In this document: positions 26,898 through 40,100 of the stretch, in pieces
Position numbering within the stretch: the stretch's first letter is position 1
Layout: each line of letters opens with the position of its first letter
IMG/VR virus record: IMGVR_UViG_3300044633_001982
Strand: one strand, 5' to 3'
DNA length: 64,000 nt
Source: a virus
Lineage: Duplodnaviria > Caudoviricetes
Program-made: the position numbers and the translations under genes
The notes under the pieces: generated by a model
Database searches by the model: none
What the model saw: only the letters and a program-made list of their open reading frames with translations
What the model was told of the DNA's origin: nothing

Positions 26898-28916
26898 ATG
26901 GGATTTTTAGAAGATTTAGGTTCGGGTCTTAAAGATGTATTAGATGCATTTGTTGGCTCATTAGGTAGCTCTCTTAAAGAAAGTATAAGTACTGATGTTA
27001 TATTAGACAACTTAGATAGAGTTGACGTAGGTATGACTCAGATTATCGGAGGGATGGGCGCTGGTCGAGAATTATCCCATTTAATAAAGTCAAATATTGC
27101 CGGTGCGTACACCAACGTCAAACTTTTAGGTGGTGATTTAGAAAACATTGTACAACAACAACAAAATCTAAATGACAGTACTGGTAGACAATTAATATTA
27201 CAAAGAGAATATCACGACGATTTATTTGCGACAACTAAAGTAACTGAACAATCCGCTCACGAATTGATTACAGCATTTGATAATGCTGGTAAGTCAGTTT
27301 ATGACATTAAAAATACAATGGAAGGTGTTGTAAATCAGTCAAGGTCATTAGGATTAAATGCTACCGAAGTATCAACACGAATGGTTGCTAATCTTGAAAA
27401 GATGAACATGTACGGATTTGAAAGAGGTGTTGAAGGTTTGAGTAGGATGGCCGCCAAATCCGCAATGTTTAAACTTGACATGAGTTCAACATTTAATTTA
27501 GCGGATAAATTGATAAGTCCTGAACAAGCTGTTGAGTTTTCTGCAAGATTACAATCTTTAGGTATACAAAGTGAACTTATTGACCCATTTAGAGCTATGG
27601 ATTTAGCGACGAATGATATGGAAGAGTTACAAAACCAAATGATTGAGTTAGGTAAGGGAATGACTTACTATAACGAACAAACAGGTAAAGTAGAAATATT
27701 CAAAGAAAAAAGAGGGGTTATTAAAGAGTTAGCTGCCGCAGCTGGAATGACTTCTACAGAATTTAGTCGAATGATAGTTCAGAGTGAAACTTTGAACAGG
27801 AAAATGGCGGAAATTAAAATGCCTAATTTAAATATTACTGAAGACCAAAAAACTATGATTGCTAATTTAGCGGCAATGAAGGACGGTCCACAAGGTAAGG
27901 GATATTATGTACAAATAAAAAAAGACGATGGTACGACTACGGAAAAACTTGTATCTTCACTGGATGAAAAAGACATACTAAAATTAGCCGACCAAGTTGC
28001 AAATCCAAAAACTATGGAAGAATTGGCTCAAGACCAAGTAGATTTCTTGTCAAGAATGGCAAATAGTTTAGACGCCATTAAAAACGGACCAAGTATGGGT
28101 ATTGCAGGTTCTAAATTAGGTGAAGGTGTGGTTGATTTAACAATTGCCGCAGACGCTTTAGTTTATAAACCTTTGGCTAAAGCAATGGATTCAGGTAAAA
28201 TTGCTGACATTATTGATAAATCAGGTGACGATTTAAAAAAAATATATGAAAGTATAACTACTTCAGCGAGCGGATTTGATGGTACTCTTGCAGGATTTAA
28301 ATCGTTACTAAACACAGGTCTTGATGGTATTACTGACGCAACACTTGATGCCGCACTTGAATTCCAAAACAATTTAAAACAAGTTAAAAGATTAGGTACT
28401 TTTGCAAATTATGGGGAGGTTTTAGATAAGGCGAATGTTAATGAATATAAAGTTGGTGAAGTTAATGACGGGTTTGTATATGGTCAGGGAAATAATAAAC
28501 AAATAGTGCAAACACATCCTGATGATAATGCGTTTTTTGCTCAAAGACAAGGTATGGTCGCTGCGATGGGGGGTATGGACATTCTTCAAAAAGTTAAAGA
28601 AACTATTATAAGTGCTAACGCGCCTACAAACAACAATAACAATTATTTTGAACAATTCCAAAATATGGCGATGAACCAAAATAATACTAAAGAAGTTAAC
28701 CATAAAATGGACCCTATAAAACATGAGGGTGAATTAAAATTTTCTATTGACATAAACGCACCTGCTGGTGTAGATACAAGAGCGTTAAATGAAATATTTA
28801 AAAATAATAGAGGTTTTATGGAAAATTTAGTTGTTCAATTTAATAAACAAATGGCTAACAATTATTTCACAAACGCACCTACTGATGTTAATAGAACTTA
28901 TATTAATGCGGGATAA
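26898..28916 (+). CDS. Tape measure protein (putative)
   Basis: 672 aa, Ala/Leu/Met-rich helical composition, directly after the tube and chaperone genes. Confidence 0.75.
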   Translation: MGFLEDLGSGLKDVLDAFVGSLGSSLKESISTDVILDNLDRVDVGMTQIIGGMGAGRELSHLIKSNIAGAYTNVKLLGGDLENIVQQQQNLNDSTGRQLILQREYHDDLFATTKVTEQSAHELITAFDNAGKSVYDIKNTMEGVVNQSRSLGLNATEVSTRMVANLEKMNMYGFERGVEGLSRMAAKSAMFKLDMSSTFNLADKLISPEQAVEFSARLQSLGIQSELIDPFRAMDLATNDMEELQNQMIELGKGMTYYNEQTGKVEIFKEKRGVIKELAAAAGMTSTEFSRMIVQSETLNRKMAEIKMPNLNITEDQKTMIANLAAMKDGPQGKGYYVQIKKDDGTTTEKLVSSLDEKDILKLADQVANPKTMEELAQDQVDFLSRMANSLDAIKNGPSMGIAGSKLGEGVVDLTIAADALVYKPLAKAMDSGKIADIIDKSGDDLKKIYESITTSASGFDGTLAGFKSLLNTGLDGITDATLDAALEFQNNLKQVKRLGTFANYGEVLDKANVNEYKVGEVNDGFVYGQGNNKQIVQTHPDDNAFFAQRQGMVAAMGGMDILQKVKETIISANAPTNNNNNYFEQFQNMAMNQNNTKEVNHKMDPIKHEGELKFSIDINAPAGVDTRALNEIFKNNRGFMENLVVQFNKQMANNYFTNAPTDVNRTYINAG

Positions 28917-28931
28917 AATTTCTTTTCAATC

Positions 28932-28938
28932 TATTTAT
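28932..28938 (+). promoter_or_regulatory. TATTTAT late motif
   Basis: 17 nt before ATG 28956. Confidence 0.5.
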
Positions 28939-28955
28939 TAAAAAAATAGATATAA

Positions 28956-31900
28956 ATGCCAGAAGTACCATTATCATATTTAAGTACTCAAACTTTAAGG
29001 GATTCATTACTGTCAAGAAACTTACAACCCTATGCGGTTCAAGGTAATTTTAATCCAAACGTACAAAATCAAACCCCTGAATACATTCAGTCAAACTCAA
29101 GTGTGGTTGATTCACCGTCAATAACAACAAATATTGACTCCCCAATGTATCAGTCAAGATTGTTAGGTGCGTTAAATGAATATGGACCTGTAAACACCCA
29201 AGATGGTGCCGAATTAATTAGTACTTTACAAACATACAATGTTACTCAAACTACAGATGACCAAGGTAACCCTATTAGCGTAATTGGTAATTTTAATGAA
29301 TATGATTTAAGTGACGAAAAATTACCATCAATAACTTCTGATTTTTATAGATTATCAGTTGGGGTTAATAAATTTAAAAGTACGGGAGATGGGTTATTAT
29401 ATTTTGTAACTACGGTTATTTTACCATCTTTAGGTCAACCTTACTATACCAATATTGTTGGAGGAGTTTCTTCATATTCTTTATATTCAATTTTAACTGA
29501 AGATAATCCTACAGGTAGTATTGGACCAATGTCTAATGATACCGTATTGGTTAAGATAGGTGCTCAAAAATTAAAAGATTATTTTACAGAAAGAATAAGT
29601 AGAGAAATTTCTGATTCTTTAAATCCAATTAATCAAGACGCGTTAAATAATCCTTTTGCGTTATTGACGGGTGTTGAACCATTGATTGACAGAGATTATC
29701 GAATAACAGTTGGACCATTAAGAATAATTTCGACCTTAGAAAGAATCTCAGGTACATATTTTCCGGCATCAATAATACCTGGGAATTATTTAACTAACCC
29801 TGATAGTCAACAAGCTTTTTTTGGACAATTAGTAAATGCGTTTAATCAAACTGGACTTGGAAAAATTGCTGCAAAATTATTTAGAACAAATCAAGACACT
29901 CCTTCTGAGTTATTTTTAGAAAGTACAGGTGGTGCTCAAAAATCTTTTTTATTTAAAAATTTAGATTATAACACATACAAACCTTATTATAAAAGACCTA
30001 TTTTAAGTAGAATATTAGATGCTATAAATCCTTTTGATAATGAGTCAAGTGTTGGATACTATTACGTTGGTTCTAAAGATGTTAATGTAAGTACCTTAAC
30101 ATCACCATCAGGGGAATTACCTGAAGATGCTCAAGGTAACGAATTATCTGCTATTGTTTACGGTCAAGATATTGTCTCTGAAACTTTTGAAGGTAAAAGA
30201 ATATCAAGTATTAATTTTGGATTAAAAGGTAAATCAACCTATGACTCAACTGCAAATGTTGACGGAGGATTTTTATGGTCATCAACAAAATCACTAAAAG
30301 ATGCCGGTAAAAGAGCGGGATTATCAGGAGGAACTAGAACTGAAGACCCTGAGTATAGAATTATTGAAAATGTTATCCAGGGACACGCGTCTCAGAATTT
30401 ATTAGTATCAACAAATTCTGATTTTGTTAGAGACAATAGTCTTTTAGTTAAGACACAACAATTAATTGATTCTGCGGATAAAGTTGAGGGTGAAAGAAGA
30501 CTTAAACATGCGGGTAACGCTATGAACCAAATAAGTAAAGTATTTCACGATGGTTATAAAATTATGACAAAAGGTTCTCAAGTGATGACATATACAGATT
30601 CTAATATTAATCCAATTGGTATTGAATACTGTAGAGTTTTTACTAAAGATACACCATATTATACATTTAATGATTTACAGAAAACCACTTCAAGAATTGA
30701 CGGTTCGGAAATTAATGGTAATATAAGGAAATCAACGTACTCAGTTTTAGATTCAACGTTTAATTTAAATATTGCACCATGGAGAGGGGATAGTGCGACA
30801 AATATAGTTAATCCAGGACGTGATAACGCTTATGTGAAAAAATATATGTTCTCAATTGAAAATTTGGCATGGGCGGGTTCAAAAAGAAAGGGATTTACTT
30901 ATAATGATTTACCTGTGTGTGAAAGAGGTCCAAATGGGGGTAGAGTTATGTGGTTCCCACCATACGGATTAACTTTTACTGATTCATCTACTGCAAATTT
31001 CCATTCAAACAGTTTTTTAGGTAGACCCGAACCAATATATACTTATAAAGACACATCAAGAAGTGGAACTTTGACTTGGAAAATAATTGTTGACCATCCA
31101 TCAATAACTAATCTTTTAGTTGATAAAGTATATAAAAGTTTAGACGATAAGGTGTTAAATAAAGTAATGGATTCATTTTTTTCAGGATGTAAAAAATATG
31201 ATTTATACGATTTAGCAAGTAGTTATAACTTTTTCCCAATAGATTTCTTTTTTGAGGTACAGACTGTTTTAGAAGGAGGGGGTGTTGAAGTTCACGAAAT
31301 AGAACGAATTGTACAAGAACAAATACCAACAGTTGTACCAAATCCTATTCCACCACCAGGACCCGCATTTGATAGTTCTAAATACGAAGGTAAATATGGT
31401 TTTTATTATGAAAATGATTATCCTGACCCTGAAACTACTCAAACAACAACTACGACTAATTATCAAAATTTATATGACACATATATACAACAAAAAGATT
31501 TATATCTTGGATATGCTAATGAAGACAAGAGAGAAGGTGTAGAAAAAATGTTTAGTGTTATTGAATGGAATTGGACTAAAGTTAAGGAAATGATGACTGA
31601 ACTTTATCAGGATATGACTGATGGAAAAATTACACAATGTATCATATATCTTGACGGAACAACATCGGCTTCTGCAAGTGTGTCGTATAATAAAAAATTG
31701 GCGGAAAGAAGGGTTAGTAATGTGAAAAATATGTTTAGTACTTTTTCATTTGATGGTACTAATACATTCGCTCAATTAATAAACGACAATAAATTGTTAA
31801 TTGAAACAAAAGCTTTGGGAGAAGTTGCGACAGTTAATGTTGTAGGACCTGATTATAACTCTACGTTTGTTTGTAATGATGTTACGTTACAACAACCACC

Positions 31901-33848
31901 AACAGACAGTTGGTACTCTGCAAACGCTATGGGATGTAGAAGAGTAGGTATTAGAGAAATAAAAGTAACTCCGGCTGAAAATGTACCTCAACCTGATAAC
32001 GGAGAACAAGTTATTTTGGTACCAACTGAAATTCCTGTAACTGACAGAGTTGAGATAAAAATTCCTCAAACAAGTCGAACTACACAAAAACCATATGATA
32101 AAATTGCAAAAAAATTCATAAGATATCTTTTGAGTGAATGTGATTATTTTGATATGATTAAAGGTAGTGACCCAATTTTTTACGACAGTTTTAGTCAAAA
32201 AATAAAACATTTTCATCCAGCGTTTCACTCAATGACACCTGAAGGATTAAATTCAAGATTAACTTTCTTAAATCAATGCGTTAGACCTGGTGACACAATA
32301 CCAACATACGACTCTGACTCTAAAAGTTTTGTTCAAAATGACGCAATAAATACTTCTTTTGGTACTCCACCTGTTTTAGTATTAAGAATTGGTGACTTTT
32401 ATAATACTAAAATTATTCCAAATAGTCTTAGTTTTACTTATGAAAATTTAGATATAAACCCTGAAGGTATTGGGGTTCAACCAATGATTGCCAATGTTAC
32501 TTTAAATTTTAACATCATAGGTGGAATGGGACTTAAAGAACCTGTTGATAAATTACAAAATGCGCTTTCATTTAATTTTTACGCTAATACTGAAATGTAC
32601 GATGATAGGGCTGATGAAACTGAAAATACAGATGCTTTAGATGAGAGTATAATTGCGGCAATTTTTGAGAAAAAACCAATTAACCCAATTATTAATAATG
32701 GATTACCACAGACTAATGGAGGTACAACAATTGGTGAAATTCAAAGTAAATTTTATAGTAGTAGTGGAATAACTGGTACTACAAATTATAAAAAAATAAT
32801 GAATACTTTGTTAGACCAAACTATTGGTTATTATGAAATTGTCTATAATAGTGTAAATAAAATGATTACTGATTATGGATTTGGCGCGACTCAAATTGCT
32901 ACCAAATTTGCCAATTGTTATACTGGTGAAATAAGAAGATTTAGTAGTCCTCAAACAGTTGAAATCGTTGGTAAATACGTAGACTACCAACAAATATTTG
33001 ATGAGTTGTCTGCAAATTTAGTTGATAATATTGACACTAACTATTTGGTTGTTAGTATGGATGACGCGGGATTTAAAAATTCAGATGTTCGTAAATTTAA
33101 AAACAATTTAAAATCTTTTATTGAAGAATGTAAAAATAATACTTTACAAGGGGTTAATGCAATTATTAATGATTTAACTTCTTATCAAGAAAATTATGTA
33201 CAAACCTTTAGAAAATTAAATTATGTTGATTTATTAAATGACGGTTATTTATTACCTGATAACTCTACTGTTGTATATGATATTGATGGGTCGTCTAGTG
33301 ATTTTATAAATCTAAGATTAAACTATGACCAAGTTGGTACTGATTTGACAGATTATTTAAATCAATATAAAAATACTTATGGTTTTTTAAATAATGATTA
33401 TGACACATCAACTTTTGAAATATCTCCTGATTATTTTACTGATACAGATTTACAATTTCAAAAAATGGGTACAATATTTTGGAGTACTTATAAGGCAACA
33501 TCAAATGTTGATGAGATAATTGATAAATTAACTGTTGGGATTAAAGATGTAACTAACCCTCAAAACCTTTACAATTTTGTTAAAGATGAGTTCTTTTATG
33601 TTATGGAACAATATGGAATTGGACAAGAAGAAGTTTTAAGTGCTGTAGAAGGTTTAGGGGTTCTTTATACTGAAGATTATGATAAAGACTCTTACACTCC
33701 ATATAACAAAGATGTTGATGTTATAGTTGATTTTACTGAGACACTAACACCAACAACCCAACAATCAACCGAACTTCAGAATATATATAAAACAGTAAAC
33801 TTAACTGAAGAGTTATTAACCTTTAATGATAAAATAAAATTTATATAA
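28956..33848 (+). CDS. Large baseplate/tube-initiator protein (gp48/gp54-like) with an inserted OmpA-like domain
   Basis: FLGRPEPIYTYKDTSRSGTLTW and PPVLVLRIGDFYNTKII tube-initiator-like motifs; OmpA-like GTTSASASVSYNKKLAERRV...GCRRV. Confidence 0.6.
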   Translation: MPEVPLSYLSTQTLRDSLLSRNLQPYAVQGNFNPNVQNQTPEYIQSNSSVVDSPSITTNIDSPMYQSRLLGALNEYGPVNTQDGAELISTLQTYNVTQTTDDQGNPISVIGNFNEYDLSDEKLPSITSDFYRLSVGVNKFKSTGDGLLYFVTTVILPSLGQPYYTNIVGGVSSYSLYSILTEDNPTGSIGPMSNDTVLVKIGAQKLKDYFTERISREISDSLNPINQDALNNPFALLTGVEPLIDRDYRITVGPLRIISTLERISGTYFPASIIPGNYLTNPDSQQAFFGQLVNAFNQTGLGKIAAKLFRTNQDTPSELFLESTGGAQKSFLFKNLDYNTYKPYYKRPILSRILDAINPFDNESSVGYYYVGSKDVNVSTLTSPSGELPEDAQGNELSAIVYGQDIVSETFEGKRISSINFGLKGKSTYDSTANVDGGFLWSSTKSLKDAGKRAGLSGGTRTEDPEYRIIENVIQGHASQNLLVSTNSDFVRDNSLLVKTQQLIDSADKVEGERRLKHAGNAMNQISKVFHDGYKIMTKGSQVMTYTDSNINPIGIEYCRVFTKDTPYYTFNDLQKTTSRIDGSEINGNIRKSTYSVLDSTFNLNIAPWRGDSATNIVNPGRDNAYVKKYMFSIENLAWAGSKRKGFTYNDLPVCERGPNGGRVMWFPPYGLTFTDSSTANFHSNSFLGRPEPIYTYKDTSRSGTLTWKIIVDHPSITNLLVDKVYKSLDDKVLNKVMDSFFSGCKKYDLYDLASSYNFFPIDFFFEVQTVLEGGGVEVHEIERIVQEQIPTVVPNPIPPPGPAFDSSKYEGKYGFYYENDYPDPETTQTTTTTNYQNLYDTYIQQKDLYLGYANEDKREGVEKMFSVIEWNWTKVKEMMTELYQDMTDGKITQCIIYLDGTTSASASVSYNKKLAERRVSNVKNMFSTFSFDGTNTFAQLINDNKLLIETKALGEVATVNVVGPDYNSTFVCNDVTLQQPPTDSWYSANAMGCRRVGIREIKVTPAENVPQPDNGEQVILVPTEIPVTDRVEIKIPQTSRTTQKPYDKIAKKFIRYLLSECDYFDMIKGSDPIFYDSFSQKIKHFHPAFHSMTPEGLNSRLTFLNQCVRPGDTIPTYDSDSKSFVQNDAINTSFGTPPVLVLRIGDFYNTKIIPNSLSFTYENLDINPEGIGVQPMIANVTLNFNIIGGMGLKEPVDKLQNALSFNFYANTEMYDDRADETENTDALDESIIAAIFEKKPINPIINNGLPQTNGGTTIGEIQSKFYSSSGITGTTNYKKIMNTLLDQTIGYYEIVYNSVNKMITDYGFGATQIATKFANCYTGEIRRFSSPQTVEIVGKYVDYQQIFDELSANLVDNIDTNYLVVSMDDAGFKNSDVRKFKNNLKSFIEECKNNTLQGVNAIINDLTSYQENYVQTFRKLNYVDLLNDGYLLPDNSTVVYDIDGSSSDFINLRLNYDQVGTDLTDYLNQYKNTYGFLNNDYDTSTFEISPDYFTDTDLQFQKMGTIFWSTYKATSNVDEIIDKLTVGIKDVTNPQNLYNFVKDEFFYVMEQYGIGQEEVLSAVEGLGVLYTEDYDKDSYTPYNKDVDVIVDFTETLTPTTQQSTELQNIYKTVNLTEELLTFNDKIKFI

Positions 33849-33849
33849 C

Positions 33850-34173
33850 ATGGCTCTTCAATATTACAATAGATATAAAGGTTTTTTAATTAATGGGACA
33901 CAAAATATTGTGCCTTTTGTTAGATTAACTTCTAAATCAACTGATAAAAGATACATTTACAGGTCAAGCAGAACAAGACTTGATAAAGTTTCTCAACAAA
34001 TTTATGGGACACCTTATTTTGGTTGGTTAATATTACAAGCAAATCCTCAGTTTGGTGGTTTAGAAAATAATATACCTGATGGATATTCATTAAGGGTACC
34101 ATTTCCTTTGGATTCAAGTTTATTAGATTATAAAAATCAGTTAGATAATTATTTTTTCTATTATGGCAGATAA
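33850..34173 (+). CDS. LysM-like / tail-X (gp53-like) baseplate protein
   Basis: RLDKVSQQIYGTPYFGWLILQANP...IPDGYSLRVP. Confidence 0.75.
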   Translation: MALQYYNRYKGFLINGTQNIVPFVRLTSKSTDKRYIYRSSRTRLDKVSQQIYGTPYFGWLILQANPQFGGLENNIPDGYSLRVPFPLDSSLLDYKNQLDNYFFYYGR

Positions 34174-37100
34174 ACCAATCTACGTCGAATTCGATTACGA
34201 GAATATTTTTTTAGTTGACCCAAATTCTGTTACATCTGATGAAGGTGGAAGGGAAGATAGGTACGTTAAACAGGAGTCATTAATAATGTACGCCAATTTG
34301 GAATGTAAATTAAGTCCAAGAAGTAAATTAACTTATGGGGTTGCAAACGGACAAGTTGGGTCTGAAACTGTTACAATAGGTAAAATTAATTTTTTAAAAC
34401 CAAATAATAAAGATTTTTTAGAAAACAATTATATAGGTGAACTTTTAGGTACAGATGAAAAAGTTAACGCGGCTAGAAGTAAAAATTACGCTCAACAATC
34501 AAGAGAATTTTTTAATTTTGATGACAACATAACCAATAATAACAGTATTGTTGATAATGGTTTTTTAGGTATAACAAACATACAAGTAAGAACTAATTCT
34601 GCGTTTGTACCTACAGTAACAATTACTTTGGTTGATGTTAGGGGTAGGGCTATGTTTGAGCAAGGTAACAATTCACCTTACGCTGCATTTTTCTCATTAC
34701 CGTATCCAATATTTTATCTAACACTTAAAGGTTATTACGGTAAGGCGGTACAATATCCTTTATTATTACAAAAATTTAATTCATCGTATGACTCATCTTC
34801 AGGTAATTTCATTGTATCTTTAACATTCATAACTTACAAGTATGGTCCGTTTGGTGACATAACCATGGGTGAAATAATGGCATTACCCCACATGTACACT
34901 ACAAAATTTACTACAACAAGTCAAACAAACACCTCAAATTCAAGTGATAGTCGAGTTGTTGAAACCCAAACTTCCCAACGAGGATACCAAAGGTTGGTGG
35001 AATTGTATGACAAATATAGGAATAGTGACCCACCATTAATTACAGATTTACCAAATATTACTATACAGGAGTTAATGTATAAATTAGATAAATTTGTACA
35101 AGACATATTAAATAACTCAGGTAAAGTAGATTTACAACCACTTACAAATTGTGACTTGTTTTTAACAAATTTAGAAAAATTCCAAGGGGATGTTTATTTT
35201 TATAGGGGTGAATCTTGGTTCGATAAGTACATTAATACTATAAATTTTTATATATCTAAAACAGATGGAAAAAAATATTATACGTTTAAAGAAGATAAAG
35301 AACTTAACCAACAAACTAAAATTGATTCTATTGCGGAATTAAAAAAAATCATAGTTCAATATAATGACTCATTGGCAAAATGTAATATTGGATTAACCTC
35401 TGATGTCGATATATCAAATTTTTTAGTTTCATTATCACCTGACGAGGTTGACCCGGTTGCAACTTATAAGGCAAGAAACAATAAAGCACCAACTCCCGAT
35501 GAATTATCAGGTTTTACACAATCCTTAAATCAATTAGTTAAAGGTGCGGTAACAATAAACAGTGATGGCACAAATTTTCAAACTAATCAATTTTTTATTT
35601 TTGAAGGAGTGCCGAATGACGAAACGTTTATTACGAAAACAAGTAATCTAAAAAAACGAGCAATTGAGATTAGAGAAGAAAATGAAAAAAAATTTTCAGA
35701 ACAACTTGTAAAAATTTTAGAAAACCCGCAAACAGGTATTGGGTTTAAACCAACAATAAGAAATATAATCTCAATATTTGTTGTGTCAGTTGAAGCGTTT
35801 TATTCATTGCTTGATGATGTACACACAAAGGCTTATGACAAACGATATGACAAGGCTAGAAAATCTGAGTTTACCGAGAATGATTATAATTGTTTAGAAA
35901 CATCTCAAACAATTGAAGAGGCAGTAGTATATCCTTGGCCACTCTTTACTGTTAAAAAAAATAACACATCAGGAGATACAAGTTATGAAATTGCCTATCC
36001 TGGTGATAGAAAATATCAAAACGTAGTTAAATCTTATGATTATAGTGTTTGGCCTGAAGTAGAGTTTGTCGAAGAGTTTTCAAACGCTTTTGCTCAAAGA
36101 GAGTCGGTACCAAATCCATATACTACAAACCGAAATGAAAACAAAGATGTTTATAGATTATCTTTGTCTACTTTTGACGCACCGATTAAAAACATCATTT
36201 TTTCAAATAAAGAAATTACAAAATTTTTATACGAAATAATTGAGAGGATTATTTTGAATACAAATTATCAAGGGTTACAAAGAGATACTGCGAAAAAAAC
36301 ACAAATTATAAATTTTATTTCAGATGCTATAAGTAAAAGTATTAAAGAAAGTATAGGTACTGGTAGTCCTGACTTGTTAAATCTTTTTTCAAATTATAAA
36401 ATAGACGTTGCGTCTTTTAATGAATTTTTAAAAACAATATCAAATAATGGTAATGGTGAATCTTATAACAAATATATTAGAGATTATTTTGTCACACAAG
36501 AAATTGACAAAATAATACAAACCCCGACAATAATTTATAAAGATTTTTTAACAGAATTTCCAAAACCTAACCTAGACTTTAAAAATGTTGAACAACTTTT
36601 TGGAATTTATACAGGTACGACAAGTAATACTTACTATTTTTTTGATACATTACCTTATATAAGTGATAATTGGTTAACTTCAAATGTTACAAACGGTAAA
36701 ACAATTACAAATTATGAGTTGTTTAACAACACGACCAAATCAATAATGTTTAACCCATACTATAAAACTACAACAAATTTTGATTCATTTACAAATGTTG
36801 ATGTAAATCGACCAGTTACTAATTTTAATGTAAGAGCTTCACAACAAATTAATACAAACAATTTTTCAAATGAATTTTATACTAATCTTCTAACTGACAA
36901 TACCCAACTTTTAACGACTGTTGGTAGTGTTTACTATAGTAGTTATAATAATTTAATGACACAAGCTCAGTGTACTTCAATTTTCAACACTCCGTTTTTT
37001 GTGAATGCTATACAAAATGGTGTTAATAATGAAAAATCAGGAGCTCCGTATCCGTATACTGAGGCGGCTTATTTGTTGTTAAATAGTTTACCATTAGCAA

Positions 37101-40100
37101 CTTTGAGTCAAAGATTTAAAGACTATCAACCAAATAATGGTAATAGTACTCCAAATAAAAATTTTACAGAATTAGATTACATTGCATCAACATTTAGAAA
37201 ATTTGGGGCTCTTCACAAATTACCATATGCATGGATTTTAAAATATGGTTCTATATGGTATAGATATAAAAACTATATAAATAACAATATTGATATTTTA
37301 GATAAATGTTGGGTACCATTTAATTATCAAACAAATTACGACCCAATTAATTCGGATATTTCAAGAAATTATCAAATCACATCAACAACTACAAATTTTG
37401 ATATAACTTTAAAAAAAGTTGATACAACTTCAATACCTAATATTACATATGAAGATGTCTCTGTTGGGTTTTATCCTAAAGTAATTAATGACTTTAATTA
37501 CTTTTATAATGGTTTTGATTTAGTTACCCAATACTCAACAGTAAGTCAATCTTTTTCTTATTATAGAAATGATGGTACATTAAAGATATTATCACCAATA
37601 TCTACAAAAATAAGTAGTAGTGAGAGTACATATGACCCGGCATTGTATTTAACAATTTCTAACTATTCTTGTCTATTAAAAAACACTTTAAAAAGTGATG
37701 GAACATTCTACGTAACTCCATCTTTTGGTTCACCAGTAAATCAATTATTTTATGAATTTTTTAATTCACAAACAAACGATTTACAAAAAAATTATGATGT
37801 GCCAGGAACTTATAATGGGTCTATTAGATTAGATTGGTCAAATCCACATTTTGGATATTTTGACCCTACTAATATGGTTAAACCAAGTTATAATGAGTAT
37901 CTATGTAAGATAAATTCAGAAACGGATAATCAACAAGAATTTACTTTCTTACATCAAAATGGGTATTCAAAAATTGAAGATATATTTGGGGTTTTTACAA
38001 AAGAAGAATTGGACATATTTGAAAAAGAATTTTTAAATTTTTCTAAATCTGAAAAAAATTATAATGAGGAAACTGCAAACAAAAATATGATATCGGAATA
38101 CAACAATTTCCAAATGTTGTATAAAATAATTAATAAGGTAAATTCGGTTAGTGGATTAGATGATTTAAACATTATTAAAAATGTCCAACAAGCTCAATTT
38201 TCTAATAAAAACCAAACTATTTCACAATTTTTAAATAAAGATGTGGTATTAAAAAGGGCAAATCCTTACGACTATAATAGAAAAACTTTTCTTTCATTTT
38301 TAAGTGCGGTTATAAATACAGAACAATTTACAGTTGACCCAATAAATTTTGGTTCATATCAGGTATCAACACCTAACGCGGTACCAATACCTAATAATAA
38401 CGTAACAACATCGTCTTCTAAAATTGCATATCCAAACGAGTGGAAAACACTCCAAGAATATGTTGGATTCTCAACTTTTGAAGGAATTAATTACGCAGAA
38501 TCTGGAAGTACAATAACAGACTTCTTTCCTGTTTTTGATATACCGTTTACGTCTAATAATATAATTTTGTTATCTCCAATAATAAAATTATATTCTTCTT
38601 ACAAATATAAAAATCCAAATGATAATAGAGAAGAATTTTTAATTGAACTATTAGCTGATTACTTTGAAAAAGTAGATTTAACTAATAATGTTTTAAATAA
38701 TACATTATTAATATTACAAAAAGAATTACCTAAAATACAAATAGAAAGTATCAAAACTAATTCAACTAACGTAATTGGGGAAGATTTAAAAGTTGAATAC
38801 TATGACATGTTTAAAGTATTGAACGATAAATGGGTTTCAGGAAATAATTTTTCAGAAGATACATTTTTAGAATCATTTTTATTTTTAGATAAAGCCAGTA
38901 GGGATATTGGGGACGATGTTTTAGTTGATATTTTTAAAGTTAAAACTAAAATTTCAAATGTTGACCCTGCAACTTCTGTATATACAGTTATTGCTGAAAT
39001 TCTTAAAGACCACCATTTTGTTACATTTACAATGCCTTCATACATCAATTTCTATAATAGAAGAAATAATGAAGGCCCCCAAGAAATGGCTCAATTAATG
39101 TTTGGTACTTATTCTGAAGTAGATTATTCTGAGACATCGACTAAGTTTGTAAATATATTATCAACTGACCCATCAACTAATACTTTAGTTGAAAGTAAAC
39201 ATAATGGATATTGTGATGATGGTTTTGAATTAGGTAGGGCTCAAAACAACCCTAATGTGAGATTAAACACATCAACAGATGAAAAGTCAAATAAAGTGGT
39301 AGGTTTTGCTGTTGATTTTGGACTACAAAGACAACAGATGTTTCATAATTTAAATTTGGCTCAAGATGTTGGTAAATCAACATCTGAATCATTATTAATG
39401 GAATATAATTTGGCTCAGTTAACATCTGGTAAAAAGTCACAAACTCAGAATGTTAGTCTTTTTAATCTGTATAAAAATAGAAGTTATTCTTGTACAGTTC
39501 AATCTATGGGTAACGCAACCATACAACCAACAATGTATTTTACATTAAGAAATGTACCGATGTTTAACGGACCGTACCTAATATTAGAAGTTAACCATTC
39601 TATTTCCCCTGGCTCATTTGAAACCACTTTCCAAGGGGTGAGACAAAAAATATTTACATTAAAACAAAGTGAAAACTTTTTAGCGTCTATCAAAATGGAA
39701 TTAGGTAAAAATTTCTATTCTGAAATTAAACGACAAAAAGAACAATTGAGTAAATCTGCAACTACAGTTACTCAACAAAATACTGAAACGACAAATTCAA
39801 TAAATGAGACTCCTGTAAATAAAAATAATGAAAATTGTCAACCAAACGTGGCGTATAATGATTTCATTAAAATTACTGGTGAATCAAAGACATTATCATA
39901 TTCACGAGTAATTGAGGAGGTTCAATTTATTGTTGGAGACGATTTACAAAAAAGAGCGGCATTATTTACCTTAATTTATATATCTAATGACTCAAATGGA
40001 AATATAAAATTATTCAATAATAATTTAACTAATGTTAATTTAAAACGAAAATGGGCTGGTGACCTACCAAGTAAATTTAATAAAGAATACACATGTTTAA

